Below, piece by piece: positions 35,663 through 48,890 of a DNA stretch of 64,000 nt. Below the pieces are notes generated by a model, which was not told the DNA's origin, ran no database searches, and saw only the letters and a list, made by a program, of their open reading frames with translations. The translations under genes were made by a program, and so were the position numbers. How positions within the stretch are numbered: the stretch's first letter is position 1; each line of letters begins with the position of its first letter. This DNA comes from Macrostomum lignano (taxonomy: Eukaryota). Where the stretch lies: positions 29,433-93,432 of the forward strand of contig NIVC01003009.1 of the NCBI GenBank assembly GCA_002269645.1, written 5' to 3'.

Positions 35663-36945
35663 CGAACTGAATCGAGAGAGGGGGAGAGAGGGAGGGAGAG
35701 AGGGAGGGAGGAGAGAGAGGGAGAGAGAGAGGAGAGAGAGGGAGAGAAAGAGGAGAGGGAGGAGAGAGAGAGGAGAGAGGAGAGAGAGAGGAGAGAGAGG
35801 GAGAGAGGAGAGAGAGAGGGGGAGGTAAAGAGAGAGAGGAGAGAGAGGAGAGAGAGGAGAGAGAGGAGAGAGAGAGAGGAGAGAGAGGGAGAGAGAGAGA
35901 GAGAGGGAGGTAAAGAGAGAGAGGAGAGAGAGGGAGAGAGAGGAGAGAGGGAGAGAGAGGTAATGAGTGAGAGGAGAGAGAGGGAGAGAGGAGAGAGAGG
36001 AGAGAGAGGGAGAGAGAGAGGGAGAGAGAGAGGTAAAGAGAGAGAGGAGAGAGAGGAGAGAGAGGGAGAGAGAGAGAGGGAGAGAGAGAGGTAAAGAGAG
36101 AGAGGAGAGAGAGGGAGAGAGGAGAGAGAGGGGGAGGTAAAGAGAGAGAGGAGAGAGAGGAGAGAGAGGAGAGAGAGGAGAGAGAGAGGAGAGAGAGGGA
36201 GAGAGAGAGGAGAGAGAGGGAGAGAAAGAGGAGAGGGAGGAGAGAGAGAGGAGAGAGGAGAGAGGAGAGAGAGAGGAGAGAGAGAGGAGAGAGAGAGGAG
36301 AGAGAGAGAGGAGAGAGAGGAGAGGGAGAGGAGAGAGAGAAGAGAGAAAGGCAAAGAGAGAGAGGAGAGAGAGGGAGAGAGGAGAGAGAGAGGGGGAGGT
36401 AAAGAGAGAGAGGAGAGAGAGGAGAGAGAGGAGAGAGAGAAGAGAGAAAGGCAAAGAGAGAGAGGAGAGAGAGGGAGAGAGGGAGGGAGGTAAAGAGAGA
36501 GAGGAGAGAGAGGGAGAGAGAGGAGAGAGGGAGAGAGAGAGGTAAAGAGAGAGAGGAGAGAGAGGGAGAGAGAGGAGAGAGGGAGAGAGAGGTAATGAGT
36601 GAGAGGAGAGGGAGGGAGAGAGGAGAGAGAGGAGAGAGAGGGAGAGAGAGAGAGGGAGAGAGAGAGGGGTAAAGAGAGAGAGGAGAGAGAGGAGAGAGAG
36701 GGAGAGAGAGAGAGAGGGAGAGAGAGAGGTAAAGAGAGAGAGGAGAGAGAGGGAGAGAGAGGAGAGAGGGAGAGAGAGAGGTAAAGAGAGAGAGGAGAGA
36801 GAGGGAGAGAGAGGAGAGAGGAGAGAGAGAGGGAGAGAGAGAGGTAAAGAGTGAGAGGAGAGAGAGGAGAGAGAGAGGGAGAGAGAGAGGTAAAGAGTGA
36901 GAGGAGAGAGAGGAGAGAGATGAGAGAGAGGAGAGAGAGAGTAGA
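35663..36945. repeat. GA-rich low-complexity tract (polypurine on +)
   Basis: Direct reading. Confidence 0.95.
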
Positions 36946-37244
36946 GGTCACGGGCCCCACGGCGTATTGAGTTCTAAAATTATTGACTATAGGATCCGTT
37001 TATAATATGCAACTACATGCATAGTAACTAAGAGAGTTGTTAGTGAAGGGAAAGACGGGGAGGAATTTACATGTACAAGGCATGGAGAAACACAGGTCGG
37101 AGTGCTAAGCTGTGACAGGAGAGAGAGAGCTTAAGAAAAATGTTCTTCTCGCATGGGCGAGTACAGCTAGGAGGGCTAAACTAGTATAAAAGTATCAAAG
37201 ATGCGTGGATTGGTGGATTGTCTTAGACTCATGTGTTCCAATCC

Positions 37245-37468
37245 AAAAATTGGGCACTCATACGAACGTGTCTCGAAGAAGGGGCGGAGTGCTCAGCTTC
37301 GATAGCGGTGAACGCCCACGACAGCCCCTGGTTCGATTCGGTGCGCAAACACATGCATTTGGGGCTTGGAGTTGTGCGATTCACAGCCATGAGGGCCAAC
37401 CCCGCCCCCCCCCCAAAGCCACAGAGAGTCTGTCTGTCTCTCTGTCTGTCTGTCTGTCTGTCTGCCTC

Positions 37469-37525
<57 letters not shown>

Positions 37526-37571
37526 ACACCCTGTGTGAGCGTGTGTATGAGTGCCTGAGTACAGTATTGGC
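37245..37571 (+). mobile_element. Putative tRNA-derived SINE-like dispersed repeat with an internal (TCTG)n tract
   Basis: B-box-like GGTTCGATTCG at 37330-37340 with a weak A-box about 40 nt upstream; colinear homology to both flanks of the LINE insertion (22600-22677 and 25226-25321). Confidence 0.45.
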
Positions 37572-38354
37572 AGTGTGCTTGTGCAGTGTGCTCAAGAGTC
37601 GCCGAAATTTGCAGAATTGCCGCCAACGCTGGTTGTGGGACGATGCCGCCGAAGGCGTTGCGCCAGGGTGCCCGCAGTCCCCTGCCAATGCTAATTCTTT
37701 ATTTAACACAGGGCTTGACATTGGCGCCTGTGTATCGAGCGCAAATTGAAGGACAGGGCTTGCGCACTTGTGAGCGCTCTTAAACATGGCTAACAAAGTG
37801 CATCGGGCGCACTTAGGCCAAACTCCGAACGCCCAAAGCAAATAAAGTACAGCGTGCAGGAAAAAAGGATTTGAATATTAGCGGGTCAAAGATTCAATAC
37901 CTGCTAGAGAACAATCAGTGTTTATTTGCGCCCAGCTAACAAGTAAAATTGCTGGAAAATTACATAGAAGATTGCTCGAGAACAAAGAATGCAAAAGACA
38001 GTGGCTAGGGCAAAGCATAGCATATATAAGGTATCGAGGAAGCGCATAGCATAACGATAAGCGATACGCCCGAATGGCCAGCCCAAGGCTTTCAACCCAT
38101 AGAGTATAGTATTATAATATCAGATTATTTTATAATTGATGCTACATTAGGCATTCAGGTCAAACGGCCTACCCCGAGCGTTGGGCTGTATAGGCGAGAG
38201 GTGAAAGCAAAAAAAGAGGATCAAACAACCAAATGATTACAGCTAGGAGCAGTAGCGGATTATGTGCATGGATCTGTGTATGCTTGTTTATGCATTTTTA
38301 CACTACTGATGCTTATTGCGCACAGCGAAATGGGTGCTTTATATTAGTACCAAC

Positions 38355-39122
38355 CCCTGTGCCACTTTGGGGTTGGTGATTTATACCTGTGCCACTTTGG
38401 GGGTGATGCTTTATACCTGTGCCACTTTGGGGGGTGATGCTTTATACCTGTGCCACTTTGGGGGGTGATGCTTTATACCTGTGCCACTTTGGGGGGTGAT
38501 GCTTTATACCTGTGCCACTTTGGGGGGGGGTGATGCTTTATACCTGTGCCACTTTGGGGGGTGATGCTTTATACCTGTGCCACTTTGGGGGGTGATGCTT
38601 TATACCTGTGCCACTTTGGGGGGTGATGTTCTATACCTGTGCCACTTTGGGGGGTGATGTTCTATACCTGTGCCACTTTGGGGGGTGATGCTTTATACCT
38701 GTGCCACTTTGGGGGTGATGTTCTATACCTGTGCCACTTTGGGGGGTGATGTTCTATACCTGTGCCACTTTGGGGGGTGATGCTTTATACCTGTGCCACT
38801 TTGGGGGGTGATGTTCTATACCTGTGCCACTTTGGGGGGTGATGTTCTATACCTGTGCCACTTTGGGGGGTGATGCTTTATACCTGTGCCACTTTGGGGG
38901 TGATGTTCTATACCTGTGCCACTTTGGGGGGTGATGTTCTATACCTGTGCCACTTTGGGGGGTGATGCTTTATACCTGTGCCACTTTGGGGGGTGATGCT
39001 TTATACATACCTGTGCCACTTAAAGGGGTGATGCTTTATACCTGTGCCACTTAAAGGGGTGATGCTTTATACATACCTGTGCCACTTAAAGGGGTGATGC
39101 TTTATACATACCTGTGCCACTT
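38355..39122. repeat. ~31-bp minisatellite (atacctgtgccactttggggggtgatgcttt)
   Basis: Direct reading. Confidence 0.95.
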
Positions 39123-39488
39123 GCCGAATGTGTGCTAGGCCACTAATTAGGTGTAATTATTGCATAGTAGATCAAAGGAAATACCACTTTCCTTTGTATC
39201 GTAGAATTATGAAACTAAATAGGAAAGCGCCCAGCAGTGAATGACAGTTAATTAGTAAGCTAACAATTTGCCGGCCCAACAGCTGACTCGTGCTTTAATT
39301 GTAAAAAAATAGCCCCCCCCCCCTCAGCTAGGAACAGTGATAGTCAATTACAAAGACTTCCCGATACTGTAAGTAAATATGGATATGAATATTCGGCCCG
39401 AATAAATGTGGCAATACAATTGGGAGTCCAAGTCATTAATCAAGATAGTAATTATAATAATAGTAATACATAATATTAATCAAAATTA

Positions 39489-42400
39489 TTAAGCTTCGGG
39501 CTTAGTCTCGTCCAAACTGCTCCGGCTAGTCTGATGATGCAACGGCGAGGGCAGCCGCTTTTCTCGCCTCTCCGTGCCCGGGTCATCGCCGCCTGTTGGC
39601 CTGGCCACCTCGCCAGCTTCGGCTTGCTGTTCGCAGATCTGCTGGGCGCGCTGTACAACCGACTGTACGAATTGGTCCACCTGGGCCGGGTCCACGTCAG
39701 CCTGGCGGTCGGCTGAGTCCTCGGTTGGAGCGGCCGCTTTCTCGTCTGGCATGTCGTCTGTTTGCGGCTGCTGCTCTTGCTGCTCTTGCTGCTCCTGCGG
39801 CTGCTGCTGCTCCTGCGACTGCTCCTGTGGCTGCTGCTGCTCCTGCGGCTGCTCCTGCTAGAAAATAAAGCAGACACTATCTGCATCTTGAGTATATACG
39901 TTGCACTATCCAATAAGAGATGCCTCACTCTCAATCTGTGAGGAGCGGCCGGGAGGAGGGGGGGGGCTAAGCCAAGGAGTCCTAGAGCGAGGATCTGGAG
40001 TGCCAGAATTCATCTCCTTAAAACCGTTTAACCCCGAAGGCCATATAAACAATCGAGCTCATGACTGCGGATCAGGTGACAAAGTGAATTAGAAGGAATA
40101 GATATAGGAGAAAAACAGAGATGAGGGGAGAGCTGAGAAGAGACACAAAACCTTGAGCTGGCCGGATTGCTATTGTGCAGTTACAAAGGACCCCGAGAGC
40201 CAGATAGAGAGGCCTCGCGGGCCGGAGTTCGCCGACCCCTGCCCTAAACCCCCATCTTTATACCGATTATACACGATAAGGCTGATTTTGTGATTTTCTA
40301 CACATCAATCTCCATGGCTAAACTCCAAGTCATTGCCTACAAAAGTCCGTTGAAATTAAAAATATAAATTTTCCAGGCTGGCTACTGACAGTAGGTTATC
40401 TAGGAAGTGCGTTGGCAGCAAACCCACCTGAGCGAGAGGTTCAGCCGGCTCAAGTACAATCAAGGGCACAGAGTCTGGAGTCGGTTCCGGTTCACCTTGG
40501 CTGCGACCGCTAGCTTCTTCTGGGCTCATCTGAGTCTGGAGGTTGAGAGTTCGGGTGATAATTATCTAGCGGTTTTCCAGTGTTCTAACTGCCGCTAGCT
40601 CCTCCTGTACTTTAGCGACCTGCCACTAGCTCCTCCTGTACTTTAGCGGCCTGCCACTAGCTCATCCTGTACTTTAGCGACCTGCCACTAGCTCCTCCTG
40701 TACTTTAGCGGCCTGCCACTACTAGCCCATCCTGTACTTTAGCGGCCTGCCACTTGCTTCTCCTGTACTTTAGCGGCCTGCCACTACTAGCTCATCCTGT
40801 ACTTTAGCGGCCTGCCACTTGCTTCTCCTGTACTTTAGCGACCTGCCACTAGCTCCTCCTGTATTTTAGCGGCCTGCCACTACTAGCTCATCCTGTACTT
40901 TAGCGGCCTGCCACTTGCTTCTCCTGTACTTTAGCGGCCTGTCACTTGCTTCTCCTGTACTTTAGCGGCCTGCCACTAGCTTCTCCTGTACTTTAGCGGC
41001 CTGCCACTAGCTTCTCCTGTACTTTAGCGGCCTGCCACTAGCTCCTCCTGTACTTTAGCGGCCTGTCACTAGCTCCTCCTGTACTTTAGCGGCCTGTCAC
41101 TAGTTCCTGTTTATTTCAAACACCACATTCAGCTGAGGACCATTAACTTACCTGATTGCTATTGCTGGCTTGTTCTTGGTCATCTGAGAATGTCACGAGA
41201 AACTCGGTGGCTGCATTGTCTGCAGACTCCTGCGGTTCCTATAGGGGATAACAAGAATAGGGTTGCAATGGTGTGAATTAATGACTCGTGAAAGGAAATG
41301 GATCTGCATGCGATTTACGAGAAGTGACTCATAAAATAAGTGATCCCTAAAAATTCAGGAGAGTAAGTGACGTATTATCTGCGAGTTAGTTGATTCCTGA
41401 AACTAGCTCTTCCCATCTCAGAGCGATGTGATATTTCATACAAATCTGGAAGTAAGTTAAACATTGATCGTGTTGACTTTAAACTTTAAACTAACCTGCG
41501 GCTGTTTATCAGGCCCGGACTCTTCCACAGTCTGCTCAACGTCAAATGTAGCGCCAGCTTGCTGAGGCTCCGTCTCCGCCGCTGCCGCTGCCTCCTCCTC
41601 TCCCTGAGGTATAGTCAGTTATGGTTTTGTAAAACTGATTCATCATTGACAAGGCAATACTACTCTTCCCCATCACTCAGCTCAGTCTCTAATACCCTCT
41701 CCAGTCTCCGACTCTCCATCACTCATCTCAGTCTTTAATACTCCTCTCCAGCCTCCGACTCTCCATCACTCAGCTCAGTCTCTAATACTCCTCTCCAGTC
41801 TCCGACTCTCCATCACTCAGCTCAGTCTCTAATACTCCTCTCCAGTCTCCGACTCTCCATCACTCAGCTCAGTCTAATACTCCTCTCCAGTCTCCGACTC
41901 TCCATCACTCAGCTCAGTCTCTAATACTCCTCTCCAGTCTCCGACTCTCCATCACTCAGCTCAGTCTTTAATACTCCTCTCCAGCCTCCGACTCTCCATC
42001 ACTCAGCTCAGTCTCTAATACCCTCTCCAGTCTCCAACTCTCCATCACTCAGCTCAGTCTCTAATACCCTCTCCAGTCTCCGACTCTCCACCACTCAGCT
42101 CAGTCTTTAATACTCCTCTCCAGTCTCCGACTCTCCATCACTCAGCTCAGTCTTTAATACTCCTCTCCAGTCTCCGACTCTCCATCACTCAGCTCAGTCT
42201 CTAATACTCCTCTCCAGTCTCCGACTCTCCATCACTCAGCTCAGTCTCTAATACTCATCTCCAGTCTCCGACTCTCCATCACTCAGCTCAGTCTCTAATA
42301 CTCCTCTCCAGTCTCCGACTCTCCATCACTCAGCTCAGTCTTTAATACTCCTCTCCAGTCTCCGACTCTCCATCACTCAGCTCAGTCTCTAATACTCCTC

Positions 42401-45361
42401 TCCAGTCTCCGACTCTCCATCACTCAGCTCAGTCTCTAATACTCATCTCCAGTCTCCGAATCTCCATCACTCAGCTCAGTCTAATACTCCTCTCCAGTCT
42501 CCGACTCTCCATCACTCAGCTCAGTCTCTAATACTCCTCTCCAGTCTCCGACTCTCCATCACTCAGCTCAGTCTAATACTCCTCTCCAGTCTCCGACTCT
42601 CCATCACTCAGCTCAGTCTCTAATACCCTCTCCAGTCTCCAACTCTCCATCACTCAGCTCAGTCTCTAATACCCTCTCCAGTCTCCGACTCTCCATCACT
42701 CAGCTCAGTCTTTAATACTCCTCTCCAGCCTCCGACTCTCCATCACTCAGCTCAGTCTAATACTCCTCTCCAGTCTCCGACTCTCCATCACTCAGCTCAG
42801 TCTAATACTCCTCTGCAGTCTCCGACTCTCCATCACTCAGCTCAGTCTAATACTCCTCTGCAGTCTCCGACTCTCCATCACTCAGCTCAGTCTCTAATAC
42901 TCCTCTTCAGTCTTCGACTCTCATATTCTTCCCAATCACTCAGCTCAGTCAAAAGAAGCCGACTCTCGACGAACCAAACGACGAGATCAAGATGTCACGG
43001 CACAAGTCCCAAAAAAGTCGTTAAAGAGTCGTCTAAGAGTCCATTTAAGGCGTTCCATTGTCTCAAACGACTCTGGGGCGCTTTTATGACTCTGGGGCTG
43101 TGGAGTCGTATCTGAGGCGTGCCAGAGTCGCCAAAGAATCACTGAGTTGCGTTTAAAGCGCATCTGTGTCATTTTATGAATCAGAATCGCATTTCGCGTT
43201 TATAACAACTCTATTTAGACTACTTAAGTTAGTAGAAAGTTGAGCGCTAACACAATGACTTAGACGACTCTTTTCCGATTCTACAAGAAACTTGATGCGC
43301 TCGTGACTAAACAGTCACCTCGCCGTCGCATTGCAGTCGCTTGAGTCGTTAAAAAGTCACAAGAGTCTTGTAAGAGTGGCTAGAGTCACTAGTGAGTTGT
43401 TTGCAATGACTCTTTAGGCGATTCTTGTCACGGTAACAATTTCAACGGGCCTCCCAATGGCCCCACTACAAATGGGCCAGGCCAGGGTGCCACCAGGCTT
43501 ACCGGCTCCGGTGCGGTGCGCCTCAGGTGCTCCTCAATCTCGGCCAGAGCCAGGCTGTTATTGAACTGGCTGACATCGCTGCGCACCCGGCTCTGCTTGT
43601 CCGTCAGGTCCTCCTCTAGACGGGCGAGTCGCTGCTCAAACGCCTCCAACGATTCGTCGCCTTCTCCAGCTGGCTCCGAGCTGTCAGCGTTGGCGTTCTT
43701 GTCAGCGTTGGCGTCCTCTCCGTCGCTGAAGTCTATGCCTTCGCCAGCCTCATCGCCAATGGCATCGTCAAGTGGAGCTTGAGGCTGCTGCGGCTGCGGT
43801 TCCTTGACAGCCTCAGTGGCGGCTTCTTCGTCTGGACGGTCGGCCATGGCTTCGAGCAGGTCTTGTCGATTTTCGAACACCGTCTCCACCTCGCCGCCGA
43901 CGCTACTCTGCGAAGTTTCAACTGTAGGTTGGGGCTCGAATCTGGACCCAGACGGCGGGGCAGCCGATTCCGTGTTCTCGGCAACGGCCTCGCTGATTAG
44001 CTCTTCTGTGCTGGCCTCTGCCGGGTTCTCCTGCCGCGGCGACTGAACTGGAACAGGCGCTGGTGCAGCAGCGGCGGTGGCGGCCGGCGCAGAGATGTCC
44101 GGCTGGAATTCTTCGTAGCGAGACAGTGGAGCCAGGAATACAATGCGACCGGCTTCGTGAATCTCGATGAACGGCCGGGCAGTGAGACCTTTTTCCTAGT
44201 TTAAATATTGCGGGCGAATATGATAGCCTTGCCGATATATAATATGGTAATTTAGACAGACCAAATTGGTACTTTAATACGCTTTCAGTACCTGCTGTTG
44301 TCATGCGCTGCTACCTGCCCCCCCCCCAGAGTCCTTCAGTCAGTGCTGCTACCTGCCCCCCCCTCCAGAGTCCTTCAGTCAGCGCTGCTACCTGCCCCCC
44401 CCTCCAGAGTCCTTCAGTCAGCGCTGCTACCTGCCCCCCCCCTCCAGAGTCCTTCAGTCAGCGCTGCTACCTGCCCCCCCCGAGTCCTTCAGTCAGCGCT
44501 GCTACCTGCCCCCCCCAAGGTCCTTCAGTCAGCGCTGCTACCTGCACCCCCCCCCCGAGTCCTTCAGTCAGCGCTGCTACCTGCACCCCCCCCCCGAGTC
44601 CTTCAGTCAGCGCTGCTACCTGCCCCCCGAGTCCTTCAGTCAGCGCTGCTACCTGCCCCCCCCCCCCCCCGAGTCCTTCAGTCAGCGCTGCTACCTGCCC
44701 CCCCCCCCAAGGTCCTTCAGTCAGCGCTGCTACCTGCCCCCCCCCCAAGGTCCTTCAGTCAGCGCTGCTACCTGCCCCCCCCCAAGGTCCTTCAGTCAGC
44801 GCTGCTACCTGCCCCCCCCCAAGGTCCTTCAGTCAGCGCTGCTACCTGCCCACTAGACTATAGATGCTGACCATAACTAAAAGAAAACGAACTCACAAGG
44901 AGATAGTCTCGCATGGCGGGATACACTCGCCAAACCGATATATAGATGGACACCTTGTTAATCATAGGAAAGGTGCAATAGACAACATTGTCAGCTTTAG
45001 GCAGAGTCTTGCGGACATAGCCGGCCGACTCCAGTCGCTGAACAGTGTCAGAATCGGCAGCTGGATCAGGCACAATGGCGCCAATGGCCGAGCGGCAATT
45101 TTCGGACACAGTGTACTTTGGATCGTCCAGATAGATGCCAATGAGCTGGCTGCTGGGTGCCAGTTGTTGCGTCTCGCGAAATAGGTCGCCAACATTGGAG
45201 TAGGGCCCGATGTGGCTTTTGTAGAACACTAGCAGTTCGTCGTATGGAGATCTGCGCGCTTCCACGGTAATATCTGCCAGTAGGCCAGAATACACTAGCA
45301 AGCCTAGCAGCAGGGCTATAGCGATGAATAGCACGACCGATAGAAAAAATGTTAGGTCCAT
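39489..45361 (-). CDS. TEX264: TEX264-like protein (N-terminal TM helix, GyrI-like domain, long acidic disordered tail), about 609 aa if all exons are used
   Basis: Exons (minus strand) 45361-44897, 44195-43503, 41603-41496, 41238-41152, 40535-40428 (least certain) and 39857-39489; all phase 0, GT-AG. LLGLLVYSGLL..YKSHIGPY..G.LF..IGIYLDDP..V...CR.AIG.I and RPFIEIH...IVFLAPL match the TEX264 pattern. Non-coding upstream exon donor near 45476. Confidence 0.88.
40597..41105. repeat. ~31-bp minisatellite (tagctcctcctgtactttagcggcctgccac) in TEX264 intron
   Basis: Direct reading. Confidence 0.92.
41670..42950. repeat. 45-47-bp minisatellite (ctccatcactcagctcagtctctaatactcctctccagtctccgact) in TEX264 intron
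   Basis: Direct reading; period 47 (41761/41808). Confidence 0.95.
44300..44852. repeat. ~33-bp minisatellite with variable poly-C (gtccttcagtcagcgctgctacctgccccccc) in TEX264 intron
   Basis: Direct reading. Confidence 0.95.
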
Positions 45362-47034
45362 ATCGACGCTTCTGGCGGAAAGAAAATGACGATACCTTAC
45401 GTCACGATAGCAGAAAATAATAAACTATGAATAATACATAAAATACATTTTTTAAAAAAAAAGCTATGTCTCTTACCTGCGCTGTGCGTTGTTAGACGAT
45501 TCAGCTCACTTGGCTACTCTGGTTTAGTATGCAACTGCGCTGTGTATCTGCGACGCGCTGCAACCTTGTGCACTGTGTGCGCTAGTGTTCTTCTTGACTT
45601 GTGTTGTCGCAAGTGCAGCGTTGTGCGTGCGTACGTCAGTATCAGATTTTACTCCTGCCCTCTCGCTTGGCCTTCTAGCTTCGTTTTGCGCTTGCTTCCC
45701 GCTGCGCTGCGCTTGGCCTCCAAGTTAAGGCTATGGGTTTGGGCTTAGATAGTGGAAGGGGTTAAGTTTTATCTTTACGAGCGAAAGGAGAGGCCTGGGG
45801 GAAGGGGCAAGCCAGCCAACCAGCGGCCACCCCCATCTACCGACGCTTGGTCTGTCTATTTTTAGAAACAGCCAGTGTACAAGACTTCAAGCGCCAGAGA
45901 TTTTAAGTACACGCGTCTAATTGTACATCTTTATTCATTGCACATTGCACCCCCTGCCTCCGTCTCATCCCGCAAATGCAATTTTTGTATTGGAGGAGTT
46001 TTATCGAAGGATTGAACAGTCAGACGTCAAGAGACGTGTGTATGCTGTGTGTATGTGGGTACAGATGCAGACAGACAACAGACTATTGAGCATACGCATA
46101 GACAGACAGTCATACGGCATGCATCAAATTATTAATTTAGACTAATTTATTTATGCACGTAGTATTTTTACAGCGAAAAACCATTTAAATTTTTTAACCA
46201 ATAAACTTATTGAAGTGGAGTTACGTCACTGACCTCAATTTAGTAGAAGGCTGGAAGCTCCTTTACTTTAAATATATACAATACATGTAGTAAAACTTGC
46301 TGAGACAACAAGGCCAACCAGTCAGTCGGTGGCTGAGTTGAAATAAAGCTAAAGTTATAATAGAACATCGTTCCATAAACTAATTTCGGGCTAAAAAATG
46401 CATATACATGTAAATGTACAATCATGCAAATTGCCACAAACAAAAATCGGCTGAGACAGCCGCTTCGCCTTCCTCCGCCTTAGCTATGCAAATGAACACT
46501 AATAGGCTCGAAAAATATTGTTAATTTTTGCGAACTTCGTTTTGTACTTTTTGAGCAGTGGAAAAAAGTAGTTTTAAGTAAGACCGTCCCGTCGTCTAGT
46601 TTATTCCCTACCCAAATGCGTGTATTACTAAATTGGACGACAAATTTGGGATCAGAAATTAGGCATTTGAGATCCGATGACTCCGATGAGAAGGACAGGG
46701 GAGTGTAATCGAAAATAGAACACCCCAATGCTGCATGACTGCACATGAGGCAGGCAGGAAAGGCTCGTTTTATGACGGATAGCTTTTAGTTTGCAAGGAC
46801 GCTGCTCTTGCTGCAACAACACACGGCGAAAATCCCCAGACAGATGTAAAATTTCCCTCTGGTTGGGGGGGGAGAGTTCGAATCAAGTAAAACAAAATAT
46901 ATTATTTATTATCCGTCACTGCACTTTTATGCCGTTACTTAATTATAGAGCACATGAATAACAGTGTAGCAATAGTACTGCCATAATGCTGATACATGCT
47001 TAGACACATCTGGGAATATTAAAGCGTCACTGAT

Positions 47035-48890
47035 CCCATCCTTCAGCAGGGGCCTCTCCCCCATCCTTTTGTCTAATCCTTCAGCAGGGGCCTCTCCCCC
47101 CATCCTTCTGTCTAATCCTTCAGCAGGGGCCTCTCCCCCATCCTTCTGTCTAATCCTTCAGCAGGGGCCTCTCCCCCATCCTTCTGTCTAATCCTTCAGC
47201 AGGGGCCTCTCCCCCATCCTTTTGTCTAATCCTTCAGCAGGGGCCTCTCCCCCCATCCTTCTGTCTAATCCTTCAGCAGGGGCCTCTCCCCCATCCTTCT
47301 GTCTAATCCTTCAGCAGGGGCCTCTCCCCCATCCTTCTGTCTAATCCTTCAGCGAGGGCCTCTGCCCCCAATCCTTCAGCGAGGGCCTCTGCCCCCCCAA
47401 ATCCTCCAGCGAGGGCCTCTGCCCCCAATCCTCCAGCGAGGGCCTCTGCCCCCAATCCTCCAGCGAGGGCCTCTGCCCCCAATCCTCCAGCGAGGGCCTC
47501 TGCCCCCAATCCTTCAGCGAGGGCCTCTGCCCCCAATCCTTCAGCGAGGGCCTCTGCCCCCAATCCTTCAGCGAGGGCCTCTGCCCCCAAATCCTCCAGC
47601 GAGGGCCTCTGCCCCCAATCCTCCAGCGAGGGCCTCTGCCCCCAATCCTTCAGTGAGGGCCTCTGCCCCCCAATCCTCCAGCGAGGGCCTCTGCCCCCCC
47701 CCCCAATCCTCCAGCGAGGGCCTCTGCCCTCAATCCTTCAGCGAGGGCCTCTGCCACCCAATCCTCCTGTCTAATCCTTCAGTGAGGGCCTCTGCCCCCC
47801 CCCAATCCTCGAGCGAGGGCCTCTGCCCCCCCCCAATCCTCCAGCGAGGGCCTCTGCCCCCAATCCTTCAGTGAGGGCCTCTGCCCCCCAATCCTCCAGC
47901 GAGGGCCTCTGCCCCCCAATCCTCCAGCGGGGGCCTCTGCCACCCAATCCTTCAGCGAGGGCCTCTGCCACCCAATCCTCCTGTCTAATCCTTCAGCGAG
48001 GGCCTCTGCCCCCCCCCAAATCCTCCAGCGAGGGCCTCTGCCCCCAATCCTCCAGCGAGGGCCTCTGCCCCCAATCCTCCAGCGAGGGCCTCTGCCCCCA
48101 ATCCTTCAGCGAGGGCCTCTGCCCCCAATCCTTCAGCGAGGGCCTCTGCCCCCAAATCCTCCAGCGAGGGCCTCTGCCTCCAATCCTCCAGCGAGGGCCT
48201 CTGCCCCCAATCCTTCAGCGAGGGCCTCTGCCCCCCCAATCCTCCAGCGAGGGCCTCTGCCCCCCCCCAATCCTCCAGCGAGGGCCTCTGCCCTCAATCC
48301 TTCAGCGAGGGCCTCTGCCACCCAATCCTTCAGCGAGGGCCTCTGTCCCAATCCTCCTGTCTAATCCTTCAGCGAAGGCCTCTGTCCCCCAATCCTCCTG
48401 TCTAATCCTTCAGCGAGGGCCTCTGCCCCCAATCCTCCTGTCTAATCCTTCAGCGAGGGCCTCTGTCCCCCAATCCTCCTGTGTAATCCTTCAGCGAGGG
48501 CCTCTACCCCCAATCCTCCTGTCTAATCGTTCAGCGAGGGCCTCTACCCCCCAATCCTCCTGTCTAATCCTTCAGCGAGGGCCTCTGCCCCCAATCCTCC
48601 TGTCTAATCCTTCAGCGAGGGCCTCTGCCCCCCAATCCTCCTGTCTAATCCTTCAGCGAGGGCCTCTGCCCCCCAATCCTCCTGTCTAATCCTTCAGCGA
48701 GGGCCTCTGCCCCCCAATCCTCCTGTCTAATCCTTCAGCGAGGGCCTCTGCCCCCAATCCTCCTGTCTAATCCTTCAGCGAGGGCCTCTGCCCCCCAATC
48801 CTCCTGTCTAATCCTTCAGCGAGGGCCTCTGCCCCCCAATCCTCCTGTCTAATCCTTCAGCGAGGGCCTCTGCCCCCACCAATCCTTCGG
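47035..48890. repeat. 26-37-bp minisatellite family (aatccttcagcgagggcctctgcccc with or without a cctcctgtct insert)
   Basis: Direct reading; the unit changes gradually along the array. Confidence 0.95.

Noticed and set aside
37283-37350. Functional tRNA gene
   Set aside because: Only the B box is good; I could not fold an acceptor stem or anticodon arm. Treated as a SINE-like head.
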